A DNA stretch of 64,000 bases. It comes from Verrucomicrobiota bacterium. GTDB lineage: Bacteria > Verrucomicrobiota > Verrucomicrobiia > Opitutales > Cerasicoccaceae. The notes under the pieces are model-generated. The model was not told the DNA's origin and made no database searches. It saw nothing but the letters and a program-made list of their open reading frames with translations. Positions 29,416 to 39,469 of this stretch are shown here, piece by piece (within the stretch, counting starts at the first letter, position 1; the number at the start of each line of letters is the position of its first letter). The DNA is taken from NCBI GenBank assembly GCA_039818205.1, contig JBCBUK010000001.1, positions 320,001-384,000 on the forward strand, written 5' to 3'. The translations under genes were made by a program, and so were the position numbers.

Positions 29416-30215
29416 GATGAATGCGCCTCTCGCACACTGGGTTGAATCTGCCGAGCCAAGGTCACACAGCCGCCAAACATGATCCCTAGAACCAACAAAG
29501 CGCCCCAGGTGTGAAAAAATCCACTGGCAAACTGACTTCCCCAGGTAAGCGCAACTGCGGTGATAACGCAGATTCGCAGGGTGTTCGCAATCCAGGCCAA
29601 CGGAAACAACAAAACCAGAAACAGCCAGTATCGCCGTTGACCAGCGAGGAGAATGAATCCGACCGCTGCACCCGTCAAGAGCAACGCCGGTAGCAGATTC
29701 ATCCCTGCACAGGCGGCTTCAATTGCAACGGGCAAACCCTGGATGTCTAGCAAAGTACCTTCACGTTTGATCGAAAAACCTAAGAATGAAAACAACGCCT
29801 CTGAAACCCATGCGCCGCTTAGCCGAAAATACCACCCCAAGGCCGTCAAATCCACCGCGACCCAAGGAAACGAGAAAAACGGAATCATCGCCCAGGCCAT
29901 TCGATAGCGAGGCCCAGCACTGAAAACGCTCAACCACGAAACCAGGAGGATGGTCCAGCCGAGAGCCGTCAACAACAAGAGCTCCCCGATTAGCCCAAAA
30001 GCAAATGAGCAAGCGCCAAACGCCACGAGAGCCGGTTGCGGTTTCCGACTATCGTGCAACCATTGCCAGGGGCGGCCAAGCCAGTAAGCCAAAACGAAAC
30101 CAATGAGCAAGGGATAGGTATTATCCGCGGGCAAGCGTTGAATCATAGGTCTCGTCCAGGCGACAATGCACAGTCCAACTAGCCCTGCACCAGTTATCCA
30201 AGCCAAAGGCTTCAC
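29412..30215 (-). CDS. Exosortase/archaeosortase-family transpeptidase
   Basis: Catalytic triad Cys ('EAACAGM'), Arg ('ANTLRI') and His ('FFHTWG'); multi-TM. Confidence 0.9.
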   Translation of the reverse strand: MKPLAWITGAGLVGLCIVAWTRPMIQRLPADNTYPLLIGFVLAYWLGRPWQWLHDSRKPQPALVAFGACSFAFGLIGELLLLTALGWTILLVSWLSVFSAGPRYRMAWAMIPFFSFPWVAVDLTALGWYFRLSGAWVSEALFSFLGFSIKREGTLLDIQGLPVAIEAACAGMNLLPALLLTGAAVGFILLAGQRRYWLFLVLLFPLAWIANTLRICVITAVALTWGSQFASGFFHTWGALLVLGIMFGGCVTLARQIQPSVREAHSS

Positions 30216-32107
30216 TGCGTTGCCTCCGCTTGATTGATCGCCTGAAGGTTTCGGTAGAAGGTTGGCTCGTTGGGGTGCTCATTGATCAGTGTTTCTGTCA
30301 GCGCGCGTGCCTTGGCCCAATTCTGAGCTTGAAACGCTTGGTTGGCAAAAAAGACTTTAGCCTCTGTTGATTCTCCCAATATCGACTCGTAAAGCGCGCT
30401 CGCAGTATCGACTTCGTCGCGGCTAAGGGCCATGCGGGCTAGAATTTCTTTGCCTCGCAAAGTCTCTGACCAGCTAGGGTGTCGATCAACCAATTGCTGC
30501 AGGCGCTCCCACTCGCTCTTTGATGCATAATGAATGGCGATCAGCATGCCGGCACGATCACCGATAGCCCCCTCCTCTGCCAACAAGGCTTCCCATAGTT
30601 CGACAGCCGCATCCGCCTGGTCATTCAGCCACAGGAGTTCCCCCTTCAGCAAGCGAATCGATGGATCATCGGTGCTAGAATTCAAGCGCTCGACCGCCGC
30701 CTCAGCGGAAACAAGTTGCCGACGAGCCTGCGCTTGACCATAATCAAACCAAGCAGGTTGGCCGGCTTCAATCTCGTCAAACTGAATCGCAGTAGAAATC
30801 CACCCCTCGGCAAGAAATGCCGCTGCCCAAGCACTGGAACCATCCAAAACTCGATCTATCGAACTCGAAATTTCTTCACCATTTAGGGTGACCAATAGAT
30901 GATAGAATTGGTGATCATCATCACGTGGCGACAATCCCTGATCCGCCGTCACCGCCTGCTCCCATCGAAACAAAAGAATCAACCGAAGGGCTTGCTTTAG
31001 GCGCGGTGCCCAGGAGCGATCGGCAAACGGATCACCGCGCAATAGCTGGAGCGCTTGCCCATCATCGTCATCGGCCAACATCTGCAGTAGCCGAAGCCAA
31101 TAAGTTTCCTGCCGCTGCTCCAAAATCTTACTCGCATAAGGAAGTCCGTCATAGGCTTCAGTATTCCACCAGCGATCTTTCGGAATCGACTCCAGGTAAT
31201 GGGCATACTCTGCAAAGGGCCCAGTGTTCGGCGCATCCGGAAGCGTGTTCCCAAAGCCAGTCACTCGTTGCCAAAACCATGCTTTAATCCAGAACTCGGC
31301 AACACCAGTCTTTTCGTAGGCATCGATCCAACTATCGATGGCAAAAACATACTGCTGGTGACGGCGGTAAAACTCTCCGAGCTGGTCCCAGAACAAGGGT
31401 GATTCCGGGCTTAGCAAAACGGAACGAACATAGTCGGCATGCGCCCCATCGAGCTCACCAAGACTCTCCAGTATCTGGCCGCGAAAGGCCAACGCATCTG
31501 GGTTATCGGCGGCGGCCGAAACCGATTCGTCAACGAGTCTCATTACCTCCCGCGGATCGCTTGTTGAGAGGATCGAAAGGCGGAGTAGTCGATTCGACTC
31601 GTGTCGTCCATCAAACTGATGCTGTTGCAACAATTCCTTTGCCTCCAAATTCTCACCAGCAACGATCAAAGCATCAGCCTCCAAGAACACCCATGCGGCT
31701 TCCTGGGTTCGATCCGCCTGCCAGGCGTCATCGAGCTGGTCATAGATCGTTGAGTCTCGTTCATGTACTGCAGCCCGCGCCAGCAAGAGCGCTTCTTCTT
31801 CGGTCTTAGCTATGTTTTGCCCACCGCGAATCTGCCTCAAGGTGAATGCGTCACTATTCGCAACTGCATTTTCGATCTGAGCGATTTCAATGCGGTTCAA
31901 CCAATCGTCACGCTCGACCTCCTGAGGCAAGTGTTCGGCGAGTAGGCGAACCCGCGTATAATCTTGAGCTTCCCAAGCGCGGTGCAGATCCACATTAGTC
32001 TGTTCCTGCATTCGTTTAAGGGTATGCGATCTCCATAACCAAAGACCGCCTCCCAAAACGATTAAAATGAAAACAACGACGACAATTCGGATGGTCCACT
32101 TGGACAT
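30212..32107 (-). CDS. Membrane-anchored TPR-repeat protein
   Basis: N-terminal TM helix; helical TPR-like repeats ('DALAFRGQILESLGELDGAHADY', 'FWDQLGEFYRR'). Confidence 0.75.
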   Translation of the reverse strand: MSKWTIRIVVVVFILIVLGGGLWLWRSHTLKRMQEQTNVDLHRAWEAQDYTRVRLLAEHLPQEVERDDWLNRIEIAQIENAVANSDAFTLRQIRGGQNIAKTEEEALLLARAAVHERDSTIYDQLDDAWQADRTQEAAWVFLEADALIVAGENLEAKELLQQHQFDGRHESNRLLRLSILSTSDPREVMRLVDESVSAAADNPDALAFRGQILESLGELDGAHADYVRSVLLSPESPLFWDQLGEFYRRHQQYVFAIDSWIDAYEKTGVAEFWIKAWFWQRVTGFGNTLPDAPNTGPFAEYAHYLESIPKDRWWNTEAYDGLPYASKILEQRQETYWLRLLQMLADDDDGQALQLLRGDPFADRSWAPRLKQALRLILLFRWEQAVTADQGLSPRDDDHQFYHLLVTLNGEEISSSIDRVLDGSSAWAAAFLAEGWISTAIQFDEIEAGQPAWFDYGQAQARRQLVSAEAAVERLNSSTDDPSIRLLKGELLWLNDQADAAVELWEALLAEEGAIGDRAGMLIAIHYASKSEWERLQQLVDRHPSWSETLRGKEILARMALSRDEVDTASALYESILGESTEAKVFFANQAFQAQNWAKARALTETLINEHPNEPTFYRNLQAINQAEATQ

Positions 32108-32194
32108 GATAAATGGTTAAAAGAAATGCAGAACAATTTCAACATTTGCCTTTAGTAATTGCCCAAAAGTTTGAGGGCTTATATCCGATTATCA

Positions 32195-33031
32195 TTAGCC
32201 TACTTTGACCGGTGCCAACTCTGTTTGACGGCGGCGGGCGATATAGAAAACTCCGACTACGAATAAGCCCATGATCAACCAGGTCGATGGTTCTGGGTTC
32301 GCAAGATAAGCCACATTGGCGGCGCCGATATCAACGGCGAACAGCAAATCATTATAGTCACGATCGCCACCACCATAGAGATCTTCAAATCCAATCAATA
32401 GATACGGGCTGCCGTCTTCAGCGAGACTGACCGTATGGACCAAACCATCTGCATTCGCTGAGTCATCAGTCGACCAGACCATGCTTCCTCCGCGTGCCCC
32501 ATTGGCGATCAAGAAAAAGTCCAATTGAGATCCAGCTTCCAACAAGCCGAGGTCAACGAAATCGCCTGGCATGAGCGGAGCCGAGCTAGAACGCCACGCA
32601 TTCTCATCACCGTGCTGATAGTAACTATCAACGCTCGATGCATTGGGAAAAATCAACAATGGATCACCGCTATTAACCGAGGCGCCATCTGTATTGTAAC
32701 CAAGAGTGTTGTGGTATCCCGCACCTTCACCCACGAAGTAAACCCGCACATTGGCATCGTTACTCAAATATAGTTTAGAGGGATCCAAGCTAATTGACGA
32801 AAGATTGGTAATTCCTTGGCGTTCGCCCAGACTTTCGTTGATAAAATCCTGCATCTGAGGAAGCACTTCAGCCTGGAACTGCGCCGAGTTTGCATCGGAG
32901 CCCGCCTGCATAACTGGGCTGACGATATCGAGCCCCATTGGGCGCGCGTTGGATTGCACGGACAACTCAGTCTGAGCTGGAACGGGCAGCATTGGTATCG
33001 TGAGAATTGCGAGGTAAGTAAGGTGTTTCAT
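32195..33031 (-). CDS. DUF4114-domain protein with PEP-CTERM sorting signal
   Basis: Signal peptide; 'IGFEDLYGGGDRDYNDLLF'; C-terminal 'NPEPSTW' + TM + 'RRR'. Confidence 0.85.
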   Translation of the reverse strand: MKHLTYLAILTIPMLPVPAQTELSVQSNARPMGLDIVSPVMQAGSDANSAQFQAEVLPQMQDFINESLGERQGITNLSSISLDPSKLYLSNDANVRVYFVGEGAGYHNTLGYNTDGASVNSGDPLLIFPNASSVDSYYQHGDENAWRSSSAPLMPGDFVDLGLLEAGSQLDFFLIANGARGGSMVWSTDDSANADGLVHTVSLAEDGSPYLLIGFEDLYGGGDRDYNDLLFAVDIGAANVAYLANPEPSTWLIMGLFVVGVFYIARRRQTELAPVKVG

Positions 33032-33060
33032 TGAGATAATTGTTTACATAAATTTAACGG

Positions 33061-34566
33061 TTATTGGGTCATACTCTTAAGTAGTTTTCGTGAAAACCAT
33101 ACCCAGGGAACACCACAAAGCGCCCCTCGCCAGCCAAGCGACCACACACCACCATCGGACGGCATCGGGAATGCAAAAACCAATACGGCGAGAACCAATC
33201 CGAAACTTCCTAATGCCCAGAGAGTTCCGTCGAGATGAAACGCCAGGAAGTTACCGAGCTTAAGCTCAACCGCTCTCAGAGTGATTGGAATAACAAAAAA
33301 CCAGCCAACCACTGCCGTCGGTATTAAAGTACCCAAAGCGACTCCTAAAATCCCCAAAGAAAACACCAAAGCGAAGCTGATGGCGACATTGAGAACCGCA
33401 TCGATGACCGACAAACGTAGTAACACCTTCTCATGGCCAGTCATCATGAGAATGCGCTTGGTGCAGCTGTTGGTTAGTTGAGAACTATATATCGCCAATA
33501 GTAGTGCCTGGCCGACCCAGAACGCTTCGGCGGGCACCGTTTCAAGACCGGTTAACAATCGAATCAAGCCATCAAGATATACTGCTGAAAGCACATAGGC
33601 CGGTGTTACAACCAACAGCGTTAATCGCGAGCTACGCAACAGCAACTCGCGCAAACCAGCCTCATCACCACTCGCTTTCAATTGCGCCGCTGCGGGCGAT
33701 AGCGCCGATTGCAGTTGCACGCTAAACAGGTTCAGCATTTCGCCCATTTTGAAACCAGCCTGGTAAATCGCGACGGCGGCGACTCCCACCGTTAAGCTGA
33801 TTACCAGCTGATCACTCTTGGCCATGATCAAGTTGCTGAAGGTAATCAGATAGGCCGCAATAGAGAAACTCATTTGGGCTTTTACCGCCCTCCATTCGAA
33901 CAGCTTCGGTGCCAGGGAAAGCTGCTTGATCAAGCGAAAGGCGAAGAAAGCGGCGAAGATATTGGGAATCAAACTCGATACCACGCTGATCGCCATCAAG
34001 GCAGGAAATGGCCACTCTAAGGCAAGAGCTGTGACAATCACGGAAAAGTGGAGTACGGTGTTCCCCACCCCAACCCAGTTCGCTAAATCGATTCGTTGCA
34101 TTCCTCGCAACACTTCGGGAAACAACCCGAGCGGAAACGTCAGGGCCATGCCAATAAAGAAAATGACGTATGCGCTGCTGAATGCATCCCAGTCGTTGGC
34201 CGAGACCGAAACCGCCTCCATAAAGTATGGGCGCAGAAGAATAAAAACTGTCACCAAACCGACCGCCAGGCCAACGAAGGTCCAAAAGATTGTTGATAGC
34301 AGGCGATTCAATCCGGCGTAATCACCCTGAGCCATCTTCTCGGCGACTGCTTTCTGGGCGGTGAAACCAAATCCAAAATCCAGCAAGACGCCGTAACCAA
34401 ACAAAGACCAAAGCAAAGACCAGAAACCAAACGCTTCTTCGCTTAAACCGCTAAACAGTTGGCGAAATAGAATCAAACCAAGGACCAGGCGCAGAACCAC
34501 CTGCACATAGCTGCTACCCGTATTCGCCCAAAAGCGACGCTTCCATTCCGGCTTATCCACCGGCAA
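33061..34566 (-). CDS. Wzx-like oligosaccharide flippase
   Basis: About 14 TM segments, 'LLDFGFG', 'SDQLVI...VAIYQAG'; EPS context. Confidence 0.85.
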   Translation of the reverse strand: MPVDKPEWKRRFWANTGSSYVQVVLRLVLGLILFRQLFSGLSEEAFGFWSLLWSLFGYGVLLDFGFGFTAQKAVAEKMAQGDYAGLNRLLSTIFWTFVGLAVGLVTVFILLRPYFMEAVSVSANDWDAFSSAYVIFFIGMALTFPLGLFPEVLRGMQRIDLANWVGVGNTVLHFSVIVTALALEWPFPALMAISVVSSLIPNIFAAFFAFRLIKQLSLAPKLFEWRAVKAQMSFSIAAYLITFSNLIMAKSDQLVISLTVGVAAVAIYQAGFKMGEMLNLFSVQLQSALSPAAAQLKASGDEAGLRELLLRSSRLTLLVVTPAYVLSAVYLDGLIRLLTGLETVPAEAFWVGQALLLAIYSSQLTNSCTKRILMMTGHEKVLLRLSVIDAVLNVAISFALVFSLGILGVALGTLIPTAVVGWFFVIPITLRAVELKLGNFLAFHLDGTLWALGSFGLVLAVLVFAFPMPSDGGVWSLGWRGALCGVPWVWFSRKLLKSMTQ

Positions 34567-35683
34567 CCTCCCGATAGACTGCCTCGCACTGTTCGGCGAC
34601 CAGGTCCCATCGATACTTAGCTGCCCATTCTCGTCCCATCGCGACCCGCTCAGCTCGCTCGCTCTGGCTTAGGCTGCCCATCTTGCCAAGGGCTTCAGTC
34701 ATCGATTCTACCGACATTGGATCGAACTCAATCGTCGCTGGCCCGTTAACTTCAGCGAGGCTTGTCGCGTGTGACGATACAGCCATCGTCCCACAGGCCT
34801 GGGCTTCAATGACCGGGAAACCGAAACCCTCCATCAATGACGGAAACACGAGCGCCTCGGCTGCCGCATACCAAAGTGCGAGTTCATCATCCTCAATGAA
34901 ACCCGCCATCCGAATCGAACGCTGATGCTTCGACGCTTCCCAAGCGGCATCAATTGCTTCCTTACCATGCCAAGGCGCACCACCGAGAACCAAGTCCCAG
35001 TCCAAGCCACTGGATTCGCGAAACCGACCAAAGGCTTCGATCAATCGCACATGGTTTTTTGCCGGATGTTCAAAACGGGCGATGTAAATTAGATACGGCT
35101 TCGTCAGCTGATGTTTGATCCGAAACGTGGATAACGAGTCTTCATTCGCCGGCCGAAAACGCTCATGGTCGATTCCGTTCGGAATAACTCGCAGGCGATC
35201 AGCGGAAACTCCGAGGTAGTTTTTAATATCCTCACCTGCCGTCGCGCTCACCGCAATCACGCGATCCATGCGACGAGCGATCCAAGGAACGACCTTCCTG
35301 CCGAAAAAGCCCCGAAGCGCATCATACTTCTCCGCCAAGATGAATGGCGCACAGTCGTGTATCGTGGCAACCTGCGGAGCGGAGCTTCGAACGACCATCC
35401 GCCGATAGCTTGGGATGTGAACAACATCGAAGTCTCCTTTTTTGATAATTCCCGGAAGGACCGCCTGGTGCCAAAGCAAATTCACCGCCCCGCTGCTGGC
35501 CTTCGGGTGAATGCTTACCCAGCGATCATCTGCGATCCAGGGAAACAGTGAGCGATCGGAATCCAGGCCAACAATAAAGACATCGATGCCGCGGGTGCAG
35601 AGGTGTTGGCTCAGCGCGATGACATAGCGCCCAACACCGGAACGCCCCCCTTGGACCATGCCGGCTGAGAGTAACAGCTTAAT
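34553..35683 (-). CDS. GT4 glycosyltransferase (start uncertain, possibly ATT at 35683)
   Basis: 'SGVGRY', 'ATIHD', 'HPAKN', 'FPSLMEGFGFPVIEA'. Confidence 0.88.
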   Translation of the reverse strand: MKLLLSAGMVQGGRSGVGRYVIALSQHLCTRGIDVFIVGLDSDRSLFPWIADDRWVSIHPKASSGAVNLLWHQAVLPGIIKKGDFDVVHIPSYRRMVVRSSAPQVATIHDCAPFILAEKYDALRGFFGRKVVPWIARRMDRVIAVSATAGEDIKNYLGVSADRLRVIPNGIDHERFRPANEDSLSTFRIKHQLTKPYLIYIARFEHPAKNHVRLIEAFGRFRESSGLDWDLVLGGAPWHGKEAIDAAWEASKHQRSIRMAGFIEDDELALWYAAAEALVFPSLMEGFGFPVIEAQACGTMAVSSHATSLAEVNGPATIEFDPMSVESMTEALGKMGSLSQSERAERVAMGREWAAKYRWDLVAEQCEAVYREVAGG

Positions 35684-37160
35684 GAGCTGCCCCTCCTGCT
35701 GCGGGCTCCAACAAGAACTCTTGCAACCGCAAAAGCTTGATGACGTACCGCAGTTGCTCACTTGGATCGACAATCAACAAACTACCATTGCGTTCGAGCA
35801 TGCGTCGGCGCGCCATCAGCAATGCCGTCACGCCATTACTATCAATGAAGTTCACGGCCGAGCAATCGATCGCTAGAGTCCGTGCTCCAGGATCAGCCTC
35901 AATCAATGCATTTAGCTCAGCGGACAACTGCTTCACGTTGGAACGGTCGATCGTATCGATCAATTCGTAGCGTATCGTTATCGGTTCTTCGCCCTCGTCA
36001 CTGTCAGTGGCTGGGGTGATCTCAGATAATGATGCTTGAAATACGTTCTCATCGCTGAAGAAACGAAACAGAGAATCGAGCCGAACCGCCTTCAGCGCAC
36101 TCATCACGCTTTCCGAAGGGGACAACAATCCGAATGCTTGATTCCGTTCTCGGGCTTGACGGGCAAGCTTGGCCAGTGCGCCCATGCCCGCACTATCCAT
36201 AAAATCAACCTCACTGAGATCGAGTAGCACTGGCTGCTTCCAGTCCTCTGGTTGCGGTAGGTCGTCAACGTTCACCCGCTCAGCGGCTCCTTTCCAAGCC
36301 AACCGCTGAATTGCAACCGACTTGGACGGCAGTGGCTCAGCACTTGGTAGGCTAGCGGGTCGATTCGTTGAACGCCGGCGTTTGGACAGCCATTGTTTCA
36401 TGGTAACCCAACTGAGAAAAAAGAAATCACGTGCGTATCGGCTAAAGAGTCGTTTGGGGTTCGTGCCCATGCGCCAGAGCCATTCCATCCCAGTCTTTTG
36501 CATCCAGATCGGCGCTCGTATCTGCTTTCCTGATATGAAGTCCAGCGACGCACCAATACCGATTCCGAGCGACGCTCCCGTCTCCTTAAAATACTGGTAG
36601 ATCCATTCCTCCTGCTTTGGACAGCCCAAAGCGACGAGCAATACATCCGCATTGGCCGCACGCACCCGCCGCACGACCGCTTCGTTGTCCCACTCGTGCA
36701 CCTGACCCATTGGCGGAGATTCGAACCCAACGATATCCAGGCCAGGCATCCGCTGGCGCAAGAGCTCCACGACCTCACCCAAAGCCGTGTCGTCACTTCC
36801 AAAGAAGTAGACCTTGCTGCCGATCTGAGCACTGAGCTCCAAAAGCTTAGGCGTTAAATCCGAACCCGCTACCCGCTCCCGCAAAGGATGACCCAGAATC
36901 TTGGAGATCCAAATCAACGGCATACCGTCGCAAACAACTCGTCTCGCATAAAATAGGATACGACGCAGTTCTTCGTTCTCAAATGCCTGGGCGGCAAAGT
37001 CGACGTTCGCCGTTACGAAATAAGCTGGCTTGCCGGTTTCCAATACGTGTCGGCATTCCAACAAGGTTTCCTCCATCGTCAAATCATGGAAGGGCAAACC
37101 CAACAACACGGCGATCGGCGGTTCGTGGTGAGAGTCGCTGCTATCTGGTTGAGAGCTCAT
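35679..37160 (-). CDS. WecB/TagA/CpsF (GT26) glycosyltransferase fused to two C-terminal STAS domains
   Basis: GT26 motifs 'TANVD', 'CDGMP', 'ERVAGSDL', 'VALGCPKQE', 'RAP', 'EWLWR...PKRL..RY'. STAS motifs 'DLSEVDFMDSAG' and 'DCSAVNFIDSNG'. Confidence 0.9.
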   Translation of the reverse strand: MSSQPDSSDSHHEPPIAVLLGLPFHDLTMEETLLECRHVLETGKPAYFVTANVDFAAQAFENEELRRILFYARRVVCDGMPLIWISKILGHPLRERVAGSDLTPKLLELSAQIGSKVYFFGSDDTALGEVVELLRQRMPGLDIVGFESPPMGQVHEWDNEAVVRRVRAANADVLLVALGCPKQEEWIYQYFKETGASLGIGIGASLDFISGKQIRAPIWMQKTGMEWLWRMGTNPKRLFSRYARDFFFLSWVTMKQWLSKRRRSTNRPASLPSAEPLPSKSVAIQRLAWKGAAERVNVDDLPQPEDWKQPVLLDLSEVDFMDSAGMGALAKLARQARERNQAFGLLSPSESVMSALKAVRLDSLFRFFSDENVFQASLSEITPATDSDEGEEPITIRYELIDTIDRSNVKQLSAELNALIEADPGARTLAIDCSAVNFIDSNGVTALLMARRRMLERNGSLLIVDPSEQLRYVIKLLRLQEFLLEPAAGGAAH

Positions 37161-38370
37161 TAGAGGTTCGTAGTCGTTGGAGTTTTTGGATGAGTCGCTC
37201 GCCAAGCGCTGCCCAGGTATAGGTATCCAGCACTTTAGAACGTCCCGCACTAGCGAGTTTTCGCCGCAAACTTGCGTTGTCGATTAGCTGCACACAGGCA
37301 TCGGCAAAATCAGCGGCGCTATCGGCTAGGAGCAACTCGTGGTCATGGTCCAAATCTAAACCTTGTGCACCCAAGGTCGTCGAAACGACCGGATTAGTCA
37401 TCGACAAGCCTTCGACAATTTTTAGGCGCGTCCCGCCGCCAATGCGCAGTGGAACGACCTGCATCCAAGCCTTTTGATAAAAAGGGCGCACATCGGGCAC
37501 CTCCCCTTCGAAAACAACCCCTGGCTGCTTCGCATACGCCTTGACCTCTTCGGTCGGATTCTTGCCAACCAAAATGAGTTGGTAGTCGGGTCGCTCACTC
37601 AAAATGCGATGATGGATTTCGTCAAAATACCAACGCATCGCGTCCGTATTAGGCGTGTAATCAAGCGCACCGCAAAATAAAGCGCTGGGATAGACGGTTG
37701 GCTCCGGTGGCCACTCAGTCGCATCGAAAAAATCGGTATTGGCACCGTTGGGCAGAACATAAACTCTTTCGGGCAATCCCAAGCGTTCATCGAGGAAATC
37801 CTTGTCTTCGAGACCGCAAACCACCTCGAGCGAGATCTGTTGGATTACCTCGCGCTCAGCCCGAGCAATTTTCATGAGATTCTCACGACGCATGAATCTG
37901 CCCCAGGCCGTGTCGTTCAGCGTAGCCAACTCCTCCCGTTGAAACAACCAGTCGACGCGGCTCCGATCCATCACCAGACAATTATGGTCCGCGAAAAACC
38001 GTTTCACGTAGGGCCACAAAACGATATCGACCCAGAAGATACAGTCATAAGACTGACCGGAAACAAACTCACCAAGTGCCCGCTCAACATCCGGTGAATA
38101 CCAATGCCGGATGGTGGTCGGCTGTGGGTTCCAGACACGATCTGTCCAGAAAGACGGCCAAGGCGGGTGTTGGAAGTCAGAAAACTCGACCCGCTCACAC
38201 ATTGCCTGGAATCGATCAAGTTGTTCGTGATCCTCGGGTTCAGTAGACAGGCAAAAGAGATCGACCGAAAATGCCTCGGCCAGTTGCTCGGTCAAGTGAA
38301 ACACGCGCTGGAAAGTGCCCCGGCGAATGGGAAACGGAACGTATGGTAATATGACCAGCAACCGCTTCAT
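37141..38370 (-). CDS. GT4-like sugar transferase (PEP-CTERM/EPS-associated type)
   Basis: 'PYVPFPIRRG', 'GALDYTPN', 'VPLRIGGGTRLKIVEG'. Confidence 0.88.
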   Translation of the reverse strand: MKRLLVILPYVPFPIRRGTFQRVFHLTEQLAEAFSVDLFCLSTEPEDHEQLDRFQAMCERVEFSDFQHPPWPSFWTDRVWNPQPTTIRHWYSPDVERALGEFVSGQSYDCIFWVDIVLWPYVKRFFADHNCLVMDRSRVDWLFQREELATLNDTAWGRFMRRENLMKIARAEREVIQQISLEVVCGLEDKDFLDERLGLPERVYVLPNGANTDFFDATEWPPEPTVYPSALFCGALDYTPNTDAMRWYFDEIHHRILSERPDYQLILVGKNPTEEVKAYAKQPGVVFEGEVPDVRPFYQKAWMQVVPLRIGGGTRLKIVEGLSMTNPVVSTTLGAQGLDLDHDHELLLADSAADFADACVQLIDNASLRRKLASAGRSKVLDTYTWAALGERLIQKLQRLRTSNELSTR

Positions 38371-38374
38371 TGTC

Positions 38375-39466
38375 TTAGCTATAATAGCCCCACCATACTT
38401 CGTAAATATTATAGATGGCGTTCCACTCCGTATTTTCTATCGGCAGGTTCTTGCCAACCTGAACAAAATCCGGCGTTTCAGCATTCAATTGAACCAGCGC
38501 TCTCATCAATGCCCCTCGCGGATAATCGGTATAGGGCTGAAGAGCGGCCCCACGCTTGAGCCGATCACGCAGCGCCAATGCAAGGCAACGCAACGGCGAT
38601 TCATCGGGGAACAAACGCTCATTTGCCTTCGCGTATTGGTCGGCACTTCCGAAACTCCTTCCCAGACGCTCACCTTCAACTGCCAAATAGACATCCAACC
38701 ACAAAGAACGCAGCCGATCGTTTTGCCCTTTGAGGTCAAGGGACATCGGTGGCTCGACCGGGCGCTGCTTGAAGTCAACGCCCGTTGCATGTAGTTGACG
38801 AATTTCATCAGTAAGCAGCGGGTGCTCAAGCGCAGCAACCAACTGTTTACGGGTCTCACAGAACGCATTGTGTTGGCCTGATATACATAGAACTGCATCG
38901 CCCAACGCCAAAGCGAGTTTCATGTGTTGACGATAAATGAAATCCTCAGCGCCCGAAACTTCCAACTTGCACCGAGCGAAAAACAAGCCACTACCGCGGT
39001 TCCACAAAAGTCGCGTCGCTTCAACTTTGTGTATGAGTTTGGGATCCATTTTCGAATGCCATTTTGCCAAGTAATCATCGGGACCCACGACAACCAGATG
39101 TCCCATGATCAAATCGTGAAACATCATGGAGGATTCTGCGTTTTTGAGATTTCCAGGAGACACGCAGGTTACCTCGACATCGATTGACAAAGCCTCGCTT
39201 TCGGTCCGCTCAAACGCCTTTACTCGCTTTCGCAAAGCGTCGTCTTCCGGGCTCTCCGTAAAGAGAAAATAATCGAGGTCATTAAACAATTTAGGCGTAT
39301 CGCCATCAACGAATACGCCCCCTTCACCGCGGCCATAGCCGCCACCCAAGACTAATGCCTCTATTGATGTAGATTCGTCAGTATCAAAGTAGGCTTTTGC
39401 ACGCGCAATGTGTTCTTCCAGTTGCTTCAACAGGGAAGAAAATGTCCCGTTGAAATAGCGCGCCAT
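38375..39466 (-). CDS. Hypothetical protein with pol-beta-like nucleotidyltransferase motif
   Basis: 'LVLGGGYGRGEG' followed by 'NDLDY' (DxD) and a later acidic strand 'DVEV'; helical C-terminal half. Confidence 0.6.
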   Translation of the reverse strand: MARYFNGTFSSLLKQLEEHIARAKAYFDTDESTSIEALVLGGGYGRGEGGVFVDGDTPKLFNDLDYFLFTESPEDDALRKRVKAFERTESEALSIDVEVTCVSPGNLKNAESSMMFHDLIMGHLVVVGPDDYLAKWHSKMDPKLIHKVEATRLLWNRGSGLFFARCKLEVSGAEDFIYRQHMKLALALGDAVLCISGQHNAFCETRKQLVAALEHPLLTDEIRQLHATGVDFKQRPVEPPMSLDLKGQNDRLRSLWLDVYLAVEGERLGRSFGSADQYAKANERLFPDESPLRCLALALRDRLKRGAALQPYTDYPRGALMRALVQLNAETPDFVQVGKNLPIENTEWNAIYNIYEVWWGYYS

Positions 39467-39469
39467 ATG

